Source: Felis catus
Taxonomy: Eukaryota
Length of the DNA: 64,000 nucleotides
Direction: 5' to 3'
NCBI RefSeq assembly: GCF_018350175.1
Contig: NC_058368.1
Location: forward strand, 141,362,001 to 141,426,000
The translations under genes and the position numbers were made by a program. Positions 36,104 through 48,699 of the stretch are shown here, piece by piece; the first letter of the stretch is position 1; every line of letters starts with the position of its first letter. The notes under the pieces were generated by a model, which did no database searches, was not told the origin of the DNA, and saw only the letters and a program-made list of their open reading frames with translations.

Positions 36104-37154
36104 TGAAACTAGAAGTCTGGATACAAAGTTCTCGCATAAATTAAGGAAAATCATTGACTCCAACAATGCGCAAATTCACAACAGTTATACAAAACGTGGA
36201 ACTAGCATGCCTAAGTGTTTTCCCCAAAAAAATCATCCCCAAAGCAGTGGGTGCTTTCTATATATCCCATCTCACTTCTGGCAGTGGTTCTGACTAGAAA
36301 AACAAAACTGAGAAATCTGAAAACTGTATACCACTTGCCCTAAATGAAAATTTATCAGGAAAGGCAGAATCACTTAATCTAATTATATGATTCATCAAAT
36401 AAATAGGTTAATTTTGAATTATCATGTCACATAAATGATAATTTTCTACAACTTTTCCATAATCCTTAGGATTTCAGCCTATCTGAAATGAGTCTAATTT
36501 GAAATAAATGCTTTTAATAGACAGTAAACCTCAACTGCAAAAATATGAGGAAGTTAAAAGTGAGAAGTAAGGTTGCTGACTCACAACTACCCAAATTTTT
36601 CATTTTTAACAATCTAAACAACTACTTCCTATGAGAAATAACGGGAATTCAACACAAATTCTAATTCTCGGGTGGCATACAAAACCTTTCAAGGTTCCAA
36701 AATTATTGTATTCAGTCTTTCAAATATAAATTTCATTATAGTCAACTCAATTATTCAGGCCCATGAAGAAAGCCAGACTATGGAACCAAAAAACAGCAGT
36801 TAATTACAAAATCACTTTTTTGACTTTGAAGCATATTAATTTTTTAAAATACTTCTATCCTTTTTTGTTCTTGGGTAAATAATCAAATATTCTATTTCCT
36901 GAGCAAGCATCAGTTGGTGGGAAATGACACCAACTCTAATAAACCTTAACTAGAAAGTTGCAGTCACCACTTGTTTCTCGTAAGCCAGATACTTCTATAA
37001 TTGAAATGAAGCTAGTTTAAGCACGGAGAAGGCTAGCTGAATGTCCTTGAGCCTGCTGTTGAACCACATCAGCTTCAGTTACCTCCTTTTGAAACAGGGA
37101 TATTTAATTCTCAGGATCTTAGGGGGATCAACAGTTCAGACTAACCACAGGAAG

Positions 37155-37750
37155 GGCGTCCCCGCACGCCCGCACGCCAACCCCGCCCTTGCCGGCCTCC
37201 GAACCCGCAGGCCCCGCCTCCGCCCGGGTCTCCCGCGTCTGGATGAGGCACTGGACTCTGACAAAAGCCACTGGTCAGGCACGCTCGGCCTCTGTGGCGG
37301 CAGGCAGAGTCGCCAGGGGGGTTTACCTCGGCCAGTCCCTGAGGTTCTCGGCCTCCCCCGATCAGCCATCGCAACATCCGGGCAGCGGCAGCTTCTCGCT
37401 GGGCCCAGGACCCAGTCAGCCTGAACTCTGCGCGGGGCTCAGCCTTCTATCTCCTGGGCAGCAGCGCAATGGAGACACTAATACTTGCCGCCCCAGATTT
37501 GCCCTAGGAACGAAGAAGTACAAGGCGAAGCCCAAAGAAGAGGGAATATTTGTGTCCCCAAAGCGCTGCCTTACTCAGACACAGAGGGTTGGTTTGGGGC
37601 AGCCAAAAGCTAGAATGGCGGAGGGGATTCAGAGGCACGCGTAGCACCCAGTGAGCACGCGCGGAGGCCTCTCCAGGTTAGCGCTCGGAGTTTAGGTAGC
37701 TTCAGCGGCCCCTGGTGGACATACGTAACACAGCACTTGGAGCCCGGAGA
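37155..37750. promoter_or_regulatory. CpG island / WDR41 promoter and first exon
   Basis: Only GC- and CpG-rich block in the window; GC boxes (CCCGCCC, CCCCGCC), YY1-like AATGGCGG at 37614, CACGCG motifs; surrounds the start codon. Confidence 0.85.
37327..37377 (-). CDS. WDR41: WDR41 coding exon 1 (MLRWLIGGGREPQGLAE)
   Basis: ATG at 37377-37375 inside the CpG island; 17 codons match the known WDR41 N-terminus; donor GAG|GTAAAC. Confidence 0.97.
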
Positions 37751-38213
37751 GCAACCAGTACCAACAGCCTCCTCCTTCTTGGTTGGCTTTTGACCTTCAC
37801 GTGGCTGGGGGGCTAGAAAACTAACCTCTCCAACACCCTGGTTTCCTAAAGAACTGGCAAGAGAAGGTGTACTTCAGTAGATTCTGCATCTGGACATATC
37901 CAGTGGCACGTGTGTACACCAGAATAAATCTGACCAACATTTATTGTGTGCTGTAGTAGAGGTGCTAAGGCTTTACATAAATTCTCATGGTAACGCTATA
38001 ATGCCTATTTCATTACAAAAAAAAAAAAAAAAAAAAGCCTGAAGCTCTGAAAAATCAGTAGTTTATCTAAGTGACTACACTGAAAATGGAATACAATCTC
38101 CATGCTGCTCCAAAACTACTGCTCTTGACTTTCTAACCCAGAATCTCCCTAAATAATAGAAGGCACTTTAAATCGTCTGTTGTGACTACTAGATTTTCTT
38201 AGGCATTCAAAGG

Positions 38214-38387
38214 GTTGTGGTCCTCTACTCTGGCTGCCTATGAAAATTATGAGGTAGCTTTTGAAAAACACACATTTCCAGCTTCCACCTCAGACTTAAC
38301 TAAAACAATCTCCATGGTTAGAACATAGGAATTAGGGCTTGGGGAAAGTTCTTCAGGTGATGAGTAGCAAGGTTTGAGGATCACTGG
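38214..38387. mobile_element. MER5B-like element
   Basis: CTGGCTGC...CAGGTGAT...GGTTTGAGGATCACTG. Confidence 0.5.
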
Positions 38388-39804
38388 TCTAGGGACTACT
38401 AATACTTATGTCTGTAAAAGTTCGTGCATATATTTGCATATGTGATTATTAGGTTCAAATGAGGGTCCTAGCAGTAAATTCTTATGGAGAACCTACCACA
38501 ATTGTCCCAACCACTGCATTAATTCAAAAACATGTACTGGGTACAGATGCACCAAGATCCCAAAAGCAGTAAAATTGCTGCTCTCTGGGATCAAAGCAGA
38601 ATGTACTGGACACCACTAATAGAGGGCCATACCCTCTACATGAAGGTATGTTGGCTACAGGCAGCTGATCAATGTAACTACCAGTCCCTGGAGAACTGGA
38701 ATCTTCTGTGATTCATCTTTGTATTCATTGTGAATGCACTTGACAAAGGAACACTCAAAAAGGTCAGGAAAAGGTTGCCTTCAGTGTGCTAGCCCAAAAT
38801 TGTAGTCTGTATGCAAATAAAGATAGACTGAATAGAGACTGACTAGCCCCTAGTAAAGGGGGACTCATCTTAAGTGAAACAAAACCCAGAAACACCAGGA
38901 TTTGGGTCCTGGAAGGTCAATCTTCAAATCAGGCAACATGGTTGCCCACGTAGACTAAATTTTATCCTTCTGAGTTTCCATATTCTTGGTGGGGGAGGGG
39001 TTCCCACTGCCTCATTAGTCTGATCTAAGAACACTTTTCTGGTCTCTAAAGCACTGGTCCATGGATGAAGGTTTTCTCCCTCGGTTCCTTTTAGGGCAGC
39101 TGAGAAAGAAATTTATAAAAGATTCTATGAGAGTGACCTCGGAGAAACTGGAGGAGTAGGAAGCACCAGGAATCCCCTCTCTACCTAGACAACAAATGTA
39201 CTGGCAGACTTAATATAAACTATTTTGAAGCTCTAAATTCTATTTAAAAGTTTGCAGCTTTCAGGGGAAATCTTGGCTAGCACAGAACCTGGCCATCATT
39301 GTTTCAATCCCTATTGACTACAGCTGCTTACAGGGCATTTAAAGGAATAACACATCTTTAGGTTTCTTCCCTGCCCTTTTCCTTATTTTGGGCCTTATAT
39401 TAATTTAAAGATTAAGTCACTCAAAAGCAACCACATACATAGAGAAATTTAGAAACCCACATGTGCACAGGGAAAGACACTGGCTTAAAAAAAGACAGGA
39501 GGAGACCTTGAGCTTTCAACTCAAGCTAATCCCCAACACAGAGACACTTTTCAACATTCAAAAAACAAAAACAAAAACAATCAAAAAACATCAAATTCTG
39601 GGGAAGGAGGGAAATCTGATTTCCAAAGTTGACACATTAAAAGATTCAAATGTCCAGTGTTTTCAAAAAACAAAAAACCAAAGGCATACAAAGAATCAAA
39701 AAGTATGGCCCATTCAAAGAAGCAAAATTAATCGACAGAACTGACCCTGAAAAGCCTAGACACTGAGATTACTAGACAAAGACTTTTTTAGAACTGTCTT
39801 TTTA

Positions 39805-40015
39805 TTTTTATGTTTATTTATTTATTTTGAGAAAGAGACTGAGAGAAGAGAGTGGAGAAGTGGCAGAGAGAAAGAGGAAGAGAGAGAATCCCAAGCAGGC
39901 TCCATACTATCAGCACAGAACCTGATGTAGGACTCAATCTCACAAACTGTGAGGTCATGACCTGAATTGAAAATAAGAGTTGGATGCTTAAGTGACTGAG
40001 CCACCCAGGAGCTCC
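39805..40015 (-). mobile_element. CanSINE
   Basis: Antisense head TGAGCCACCCAGGAGCTCC; degenerate TSD ...TGTCTTTTTA. Confidence 0.9.
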
Positions 40016-40044
40016 TAAAATTGTCTTTTTAAAGACGCTCAAAG

Positions 40045-40271
40045 GGGGCGCCTGAGTGGCTCAATCGGTTAAGCGTCCGACTTCAGCTCAGGTTACCATC
40101 TCGCAGTCTGTGAGTTCGAGCCCCGCGTCGAGCTCTGGGCTGATGGCTCAGAGCCTGGAGCCTGCTTCCGATTTTGTGTCTCCCTCTCTCTCTGCCCCTC
40201 CCCCGTTCATGCTCTGTCTCTGTCTCAAAAATAAATAAACGTTAAAAAAAAAATTTAAAAAGAAAAAAAAA
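40045..40271 (+). mobile_element. Young CanSINE (SINEC_Fc-type)
   Basis: TSD TAAAGAC(G/A)CTCAAAG; CpG-rich. Confidence 0.93.
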
Positions 40272-43254
40272 TAAAGACACTCAAAGAAGTACAGGAAGAC
40301 AGGGACAAAAAACAATGCATAAACAAGATTAGAATATCAATAAAGAGAAATACATTATAAAAAGGAGCCAAAAGGGGCACCTGGGAGGGTTCATTCCATT
40401 TCTCCAATCTCTCATGTCACAGACTCCAAGATATCCCATAACAATGGTGGCAGCAACAGTGACTACCAAGAGGAGATCACAGGAGCCAAAATCCTGAAGG
40501 AAAAGAAACTTCTTCATTTGATGAAGTTAAGGCAGCAAGATGGTGGGTCCAAAGCTTTTTATTGCTCTTTTCCCCTCTGTCTGTTCACCAGTGAGTAAAA
40601 GAGGTGGAACAATGATGGAAGTAGGTGGTTTCTGACCAGAGATCCAAAGAACCTGAAAGTACTAGAGAGATAGCAGAAAGGGAAAACTCCATAAAATATT
40701 GAATTAAACTCCAGGGTTCACTTCTCTCAGCTGAATATGCATCGATCTTATTCTAATTAGCATACGAAAGACACTGAGAACTAAGCTAACAATTTCACTC
40801 AATCCAAGACTAATTACTAGGTGGTACACACATAGGACAAATTCAACTAACACTGCAAAAGCTTAAACTGAGCCAATATTGGAATCACAGTCACAGGTTG
40901 GAACTTGTGTCTAAATCTAGCCAGGTAAACTACTAAAAAAAAATCCTAACATTCTCTTTAGGAGTTAAATAAAACCATTTTTTACTGTCATATTTCAAAG
41001 GCCCAGAAATACAATCCAAAATTACTTGGCATATGAAGAAATACAAAAATCTCAACTCACATGGGAAAACACAATCAACAGATGTCAATGACACAATGAC
41101 ACAGATGCTGAAATTATCTGACAAAGACTTTAAAGAGCTACTACAAAACTTTAAATGGCAATTGTGAACATTCTTGAAACAAATGTTAAAATTCGAAACA
41201 TCAACAAAGAAATACAATATATAAAATAGAAGAACCAAAGAGAAATTAAGGATTGAAAATACAATGATCAAAATCAAAAACTCACTGTATAGACTCAATA
41301 GCAGAATACAGATGTTAGAGTAAAGAATCATGAACAGAGAAAACCAATGAAACTAAAATCTGTTTTTTTTTAAGATCAGTAAAATTGATAAACCTCAAGC
41401 AAGACTGACAAGAAAGGAGAAAGAAAGGAACTAATTAGCATTAAAGGGAATGAAAAAGAGGATATTACTACAGACCCTACTGACATAAAAAGGTAATAAG
41501 AGAATATTATAAATAGCTCTATACACAGATTTCACAACTTAAAAGAAATGAACCAATTTCTCAAATAACAAAAACTACTAAAACTCATTCAAGCTCAAAG
41601 AGATAACTTAAGTAGTTCTATAACCATTAACAAAATTGAATTCATAGTTTAAAATGTTCTGAAAAAGAAACTTCAAGGCCCAGATGGCAAATATTAATGA
41701 AAATCTCAGGAGTATTTCTTATAGAAAGACAAGCTGCTTCTAAAACTTTACAAGGAAGAAAAGGGAACTGGAACACACTGTGAGACATTTTGTTATGAAT
41801 GGAGGATCCTCAAAATTGTACAATTTAAAATCTTATGGTAATTGATCTCAAAGAACTTACACTAGATTTTTAGGTTACTCTTGAGGAGATTCTTGTATTT
41901 TAAGAAGAAACAGCCGAAGAGTAACAAATGCTCACACAAATTAGTATTGAGTAAGTTTAAGGAGTAAGTTCTAAGAAAATCTGGTTAAAAAATAATCATC
42001 AGAGTTCTGGAGATTGATGACACAACAATGTGAATGTACTTAACACTAGTGAACTCTGCAGTTCAAAACAGTTAAGATGATAAATTTTATATTATGTTTA
42101 TTTTACACAATTTAAAATAAAAAGTGACATCATCAACATTAAGGAATAATTTTTCTACCATCTTCCCCCCAACTAGCACTGATTTAGATAATCACCCATG
42201 GAGGTGAGTACCTCTGTGAAACTCTGGGAGTCCGGCAGAAAAGTTTCAGCATACCATCCAAGAAAAAAAAAATCCAAGATTAAACACATTCAAGAGGGTA
42301 AAAGGAACAGTTTTACTTTACCCACATCATCCTGCCTCCAAGATGGCATATCTCAGTGACAAGAAAAATCTTGTTCGCCTATGATTTCACCAATGGAGAA
42401 AACTGAAAGCATATCAGTGAGTTCCAATTTTCCCTAACTGTGCAAGACACTGTCGAAGGGAACCACTTCTTTCTTGTCCCATTTAGAATACCGAAGTCTG
42501 CTGCACAGCTGCGGGCTAGGGAGTGGTTGGGAGAATAGCAGCCAATGCTCTCAGAAAGCATGAAAGAAATGGGGATCCTATGAAGAATCTACACATTACT
42601 GGAATCCCAGAGAAGATAGTGGGAAAAGAGCAAAACGCTTGTTTCAAGAAATAATGGCTGAGAAATTCCCAAATCTGGGGTGAGATCTGGATAACCATAT
42701 TCATGAAGCTAAAAGGTCTCCAATTAATTTCAACCCAAAAATATCTTCCCCAAGGCACAAAGTGATAAAACTCTGAAACCAAAAACAAAGAAAATCTAAA
42801 AACAACAAGAGAAAAAAATATTTCATGTATAAGGACATCCTCATAAGGCTATCAAATTTCTCTGCAAAAATCTTAGAAGACTAGGAGAGAATGGGATATT
42901 ATGTTCAAAGTTCTGTAAGGAAAAAAAAACTGCCAACCAAGAGTACTTTATCTGGCAAAGCTGTCCTTAAAAAATGAAGGAGAGACAAATACCTTTCCAG
43001 ACAAACAAAAGATGAAGAAATTTAACACCACTAGACTTGCCTTACCCAAAAATGCTGAGAGAAGTTCTTCAAGCTGAAATAAAACAAGAAATTAGCTTCC
43101 CCAATTTCAGTAATTAGTAACAGAACCATAAAGCATAAAACACAGTGGTAATGGTAAGCATATAGTCAAATTCAGAATACTACTGTAAAATGGTAGTGTG
43201 TTAATCAACTCTAGTAAAAGGTTAAAGGGCTAAAGTATTAAAATTAACTATAGT

Positions 43255-43476
43255 GGGCACCTGGGTTTGTCAGTCAGTTAAGTGACTGCCTAACTTTGCC
43301 TAACTTTGGCTCAGGTCATGATCTCATGGTTCATGAGTTCAAGCCTGCATTAGGCTCTCTACAGTTAGCACAAAGCCCGCTTTGGATTCTTTGTCCCCCT
43401 CACTCTGCCGCTCCCCAGCTTATTCTCTCTCTTTCTCTCTCAAAATAAATAAAGACATTAAAAAAATAAAATTACA
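43255..43476 (+). mobile_element. CanSINE nested in L1
   Basis: TSD TTAACTATAGT. Confidence 0.88.
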
Positions 43477-43906
43477 ATTAACTATAGTTAAAATAATTTA
43501 TTAATGGCTGCACAATACAAAAAGATGTGAACTGTGATATCAAAAACAAAATGTGGGGGAATTAAAGGGGAGAGTTTTATATGCAAATAAAGTTAAGTTC
43601 TTATCAGTTTAAAAGAAACTATTATATCTACATGATGTTTTGTGTGAGCCTCATAATAACCAGAAAGCAAAAACAGAGGAGAGAGACAAAAGATAAATAG
43701 AAGAAAAATCAAATCACAACACTACAAGAAATCATCAATCTACAAAGAAAGGAACAGGGGGAGTTACAAAACAACCAGAAAAAAACAATTAATAAAATGG
43801 CATTAGTAAATCCTTACCTATCAATAATTTCTTTAAATGTAAATGAACTAAATTCTCCAATCAAAAGGCAGAGACTAGCTGAAGACCTACAAAAGACGGA
43901 CTTTAC

Positions 43907-44118
43907 TTTTTTTGTTGTTTATTTATTTTTTGAGAGAAAGAGAGACTGAGCACAAGATGGGGAGGGGCAGAGAGAGAGGGAGAGAGAGAGAATCCCAAAC
44001 AGGCTCCACTCTGTCAGCACAGAGCCTGATGCAGGGCTCAAACTCACAAACCATAAATCATGACCTGAGCTAAAAGCAAGAGTCAGCCACTTAATGGACT
44101 GAGCCACTGAGGCACCCC
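43907..44118 (-). mobile_element. CanSINE nested in L1
   Basis: TSD AAAAGAC(G/T)GACTTTA. Confidence 0.9.
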
Positions 44119-47100
44119 AAAAGACTGACTTTAGCTTTAAGGACACACAAAAACTCAAAGTGACAGGATGAAAAAAAAAAGTTTCATTCAAGTGTAAACC
44201 AAAAGAGAGGAGTAGCATACTTGTAATAAAATGGACTTTAACACAAAAACTTTGTCAACAAAAAAGGCTATTATATGATGATAAAAGGATCAACTTCTCA
44301 AGAGGATGTAAGAATTGTAAATACATATGCACCCAACAAAGAAGCACCTAAAAAAATTAAGCAATACTAAAAGATTTGAAGGGAGAAATAGACAATACAT
44401 ACAATAACAGGGACTTCAATAACCCACTTTCAACAACAGATCATCTAGATAGCAAATTAATTAGAAAACACTGCAACTGAACTAAACTTTAAACCAAATG
44501 GACCTAACAGACTTATATAGAACATTCTATCTAACAGCAGCTGAATACACATTCTTTTCAAATGTACATAAAACATTCTCCAGGATAGATTACATGTTAG
44601 GTCACAAAATAAATCTTAACAGATTTAGGAAGATTGAAATAGCAAATTTATGATTGCTGAAATCATACGAAGTATCTTTTCCAACCACACTGGTATGAAA
44701 CTAGAAACAAAAACAAGAGGAAAACTAGAAAATTCACAAATATGTGAAAATTAAACCACACACTCCTGAACACCCAATGAGTCAAAGAAGAAATGAAAAG
44801 TGAAATCAAAATATCTTGAAACAAACAAAAAAGGAAGCAACATAACAAAAATTATAAGACACATCAAAAGTAGTTCTAATAGAAAACTTCATAGTGATAA
44901 ACACCTATATTTTAGAAAGGAAACAAAAATCTCAAACAAACAACATTACAACTCAAGGAACTAAGCCCAATGTTAATAGGAAGAAAGAAGTCACAAATAT
45001 CAGAGCACAGATTAAAAAGATAGCGACCAGAAAAACAACAGAAAAGATCCATGAAACTAAGAATTGGTTTTTTAAAAAGGTAAACAAATTGACAACCTTT
45101 TAGCTAAACTAAAAAAAAAAAGAGTCAAAATCAGAAGCGAAAGAGGAGATAATATAACTGATACCACATGAATACAAAGGATTACTATAAGAAACTACTA
45201 CAAATAATTATATGCCAACAAACTGGATAATCTAGAAGAAATGGATAAATTCCTAGAAACATACAACCTACCAAGACTGAATAATAGAAAATCTGAACAA
45301 TGGTCCAATAATAAGGAAAATAGAATCAGTAATCAAAAAACTTGCCAACAACAACAAAAAAGCCAAAGATCAGATGATTTTACTTGTGAAGTCTACCAAA
45401 TATATAAAAAGAATTAATGTCAATCCTTCTCAAACACTTCCAAAAAATTAAAGAGGAAACATTCCCAAACTCATTTTACAGGGCTAGCAATATCCTGATA
45501 CCAAAGCCAGATAAAGTGACTACCAGAAAATAAAACTACAAGCCAGCACTCCTGATGAACAGAGATGCAAAAATTCTCAACAAAATATTAGCAAACCAAA
45601 TTGAACAGCACATTAAAACATCATATACCATGAGCAAGTGTGGGATGCAAGGGTGGGTCGACATATTAAAATCAATAAATGTAATATACATCAATAGAAT
45701 GAAAGATAAAAATCATATAATCATCTCAACAGATAGAGAAGAGCATTTGACAAAATTCAATATCCTTTTTTCATAAAAACTCATGACAAATGGGGTAAGA
45801 AGGAATGTACCTCAACATAATAAAAGCCATACATGATAAGCCCACAGATAACATCATACTCAATGGTGAAAAGCTGAGAGCTTTTCCTCTAAGATCAGGA
45901 ACAAAATAAAGGTGCTTACTCTTGTCACTTCTATTCAACACACTACTGGAAATCCTAACCAGAACAATTAGGCGAGAAATTAAAGGCTTTCAAATCAGGG
46001 GGAAAAAAAAGTAAAATTGTCTTTGTTTAGAGATGATATGATCTTATATACAGAAAATTCTTAGGACTCCACCAAAAACTAATAGAACTAATTAGTTAGA
46101 ACTAATTTTAAAAATTCAGTAAATTTACATAATACAAAATCATTGTTGAAAAAATAAGTTGCATCTCTATAACTAACAACAGTAACAACAAACTATCAGA
46201 AAAAAATCCCACTTGCAATAGAATCAATAACAATAAAATATCTAGGAATAAATTTAACTAAGTAGGTGAAAGATCTATAAGACATCAAGAACTATACGAC
46301 ACTGATGAAAGAAATAGAAGACACAAATAGAAAGAGACCCCATGTTCATGATCAGAAGAGCTGATATTGTTATGTCTATACTACTTAAAACCATCTATGA
46401 ATCCCTATCAAACGCAATCCCTATCAAAAGTCCAATGCATTTTTCACAGAAATAGAACAAACCATTCTAAAATTCATATGGAATCACAAAAGACCCCAAA
46501 TAGTCAAAGCCATATGGGGAAAGAAAAACAGAGCTGGAGGCATCATACTTCGTGATTTCAAACTACATTAGAAAGTTAGAGTAATCAAAACAGAATGGTA
46601 CAAGCATAAAAATAGACACATAGACCAATGTACCAAAATTGAAAGCCCAGAAGTAAACCTTCACATATAAAGGTAACCAGTATTTGACAAGAGAGCCAAA
46701 AATACTCAACAGAGAAAGAAAAGTCTCTTCAACAACTGGTGCTTGGCAAACTGGTAAGTACATACAGAAGAGTGAAACTGGACTCCTATCTGAAACCATT
46801 CACAAAAATTAACTTGAAATGAATTAAAGTCTTAAACATAAGACATGAAATCATCAAACTACTAAAAGAAAACAGGGGAAAAGCTCCTTGACATTAGTTT
46901 TGGCAATAATTTTTTTGGACATGACAACAAAAATATAAGCAATAAAAAAACAAAATAAACAAGTGGGACCACATCAAACTAAAAAAGCACAGCAAAATAA
47001 ACAATAAAAAAAACAAGAGGGCAATGTTTGTAATGGAGTAAAATACGTGCAAACCATCTATCTGATAAGGGGTTAATATTCAAATTATACAAGGAACTCA

Positions 47101-47186
47101 TACAACTCAACTGCATAAAAACAAATAATTTAATTTAAAAATGGTCAGAGAACCTGAACAGACATTTTTCTAAGGAGGACATACAA

Positions 47187-47227
47187 TTTGACAATAAATT
47201 ATATTTTTAAAAAATAAATAAATAAAA
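47187..47227 (+). mobile_element. Ultra-short L1 3'-terminus insertion
   Basis: TTTGACAATAAATT plus A-rich tail, between 11-bp repeats AGGACATACAA (47176-47186, 47228-47238). Confidence 0.7.
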
Positions 47228-47657
47228 AGGACATACAAGTGGCCCACAGGTACATGAAATGATTCTCAACATCACTGATTAGCAGGGAAATGCGAAATCA
47301 AAACCACAATGAGATGTCACTTCACACCTGTTAAGATGGTTATTACCAAAAAGTCAAGAAATAACAAGTATTGGTGAGGATGTGGAAAAAAGGAAACACT
47401 GTATACTGTTGGTGGGGATACAAATTGGTGCAACTACTATGGAAATGTCATGAAAATTCCTCAAAAAATTAAAAAGAACTATCACATGATCCAGCAATCC
47501 CTCCTCAGGGTATATATCAAAGGAAATTAAATAATTATCTTGAAGGATATCCTCACTCCTATGTTCGCTGCAGTATTATTCACAATAGCCAAAACAGAGA
47601 AACAAACAACCTAAGTATCCATTAAAATATGACTAAACAAAGAAATGGGATACGCGT

Positions 47658-47658
<1 letters not shown>

Positions 47659-47701
<43 letters not shown>
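47659..47701. repeat. (CA)n microsatellite
   Basis: About 21 uninterrupted CA units. Confidence 0.95.
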
Positions 47702-47703
<2 letters not shown>

Positions 47704-48699
47704 CTATTATTCAGCCATGAGAAAGGAGGAAATCCCTCCATTTGTGACAACATGGAAGAACCCTGAGGGTATTATGTTAAGTGAAATGAGCCAGACAGAG
47801 ACAAATATATGATCTCATGTATATGTGGAATTTTTAAAAGCTGAACGCATAAAAACTAGAGTAGAACAGTGGTTGCCAGGCACTTGGGGGAAACAGGGAG
47901 ATGTTGGTCAAAGGGCACAAACTTCCAGTTATAAGACAAGTAAGTTCTGGAGATCTATGTAGAGCATGGTGACCATAGTTAACAACAGTGTGTTATATAC
48001 CTGAAAGTCGCTAAGACAGTAGATTTTAAATGTTCTCTCCACACACACACACACAAAGATAATTATGTCAGGTGATAACTAACCTTACTAACCATTTTGC
48101 AATATATACATGTATCAAATCATCACATTGTATACCTTACACTTAAAGTAGTTATGTGTAAATATATCTCAATAAAGCTGGAGAAAAAGAAAAAGAAGTA
48201 TCACCATTTGTGGTAAGGTAAAAAAATTAAATTGCATTTTATGGATGTAAAAAATATGTACATACATAAAGTCAAATTGTACTAAGCGCTTACAACAAAA
48301 AACAAAACACACCGTCCAACCCATTCCCAGTGTTGCCTCCAAAAGCAACCACTTTGAAGGCTGTAGCTGCTCCTTTTTCAATTTACCTACATATTTCTGA
48401 AAATGTGCATACACTGCTATCTTTTGCTTTTATTTTTGTTCTCTTTGCATCATTTTGAGACCTTTGATTTCTTATGTTACATGAGGATTAACACTAACTG
48501 TAAATTTCACATTAAACTTCACATTAAACTTGCCTCATCTCACCACTGCAACTGTATTACCAATGTTCCTTTTTACCATCCTCTCAATAAATAACAAATT
48601 TTTGGTTAAATCAATATTCAGTGTTTACAATCTTATGGCTGTGACATATGATGGTAAATGTTGCTTACTCACTACTGACTCAAAGTAAAAGGATTTCAT

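Larger units (their letters stand above)
39120..41780 (+). mobile_element. Fragmented ancient L1M 5' UTR/ORF1/ORF2 pieces
   Basis: A-rich ORF1-like and ORF2-like remnants (e.g. AAAATTGATAAACCTC, GGATATTACTACAGACCCTAC) with internal jumps. Confidence 0.6.
42130..48190 (+). mobile_element. Near-full-length degenerate L1 (L1MA9-like) with nested SINEs
   Basis: 5' UTR, ORF1 end, ORF2 EN/RT remnants ([23 protein letters not shown]-like at ~46030) and an L1MA9-like 3' end (AACTTCCAGTTATAAG...TATCTCAATAAAGCTG). Confidence 0.85.

Noticed and set aside
37041..37644. Overlapping 127-aa and 151-aa plus-strand ORFs at the promoter
   Set aside because: GC-rich CpG-island sequence is depleted of stop codons; no recognisable protein, and antisense to WDR41 exon 1.
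40056..40238. Recurrent small ORFs of the MAQSVKRPTSAQV... type (also at 52286, 49439, 58821, 61871)
   Set aside because: They are translations of the CanSINE consensus, not a gene family.
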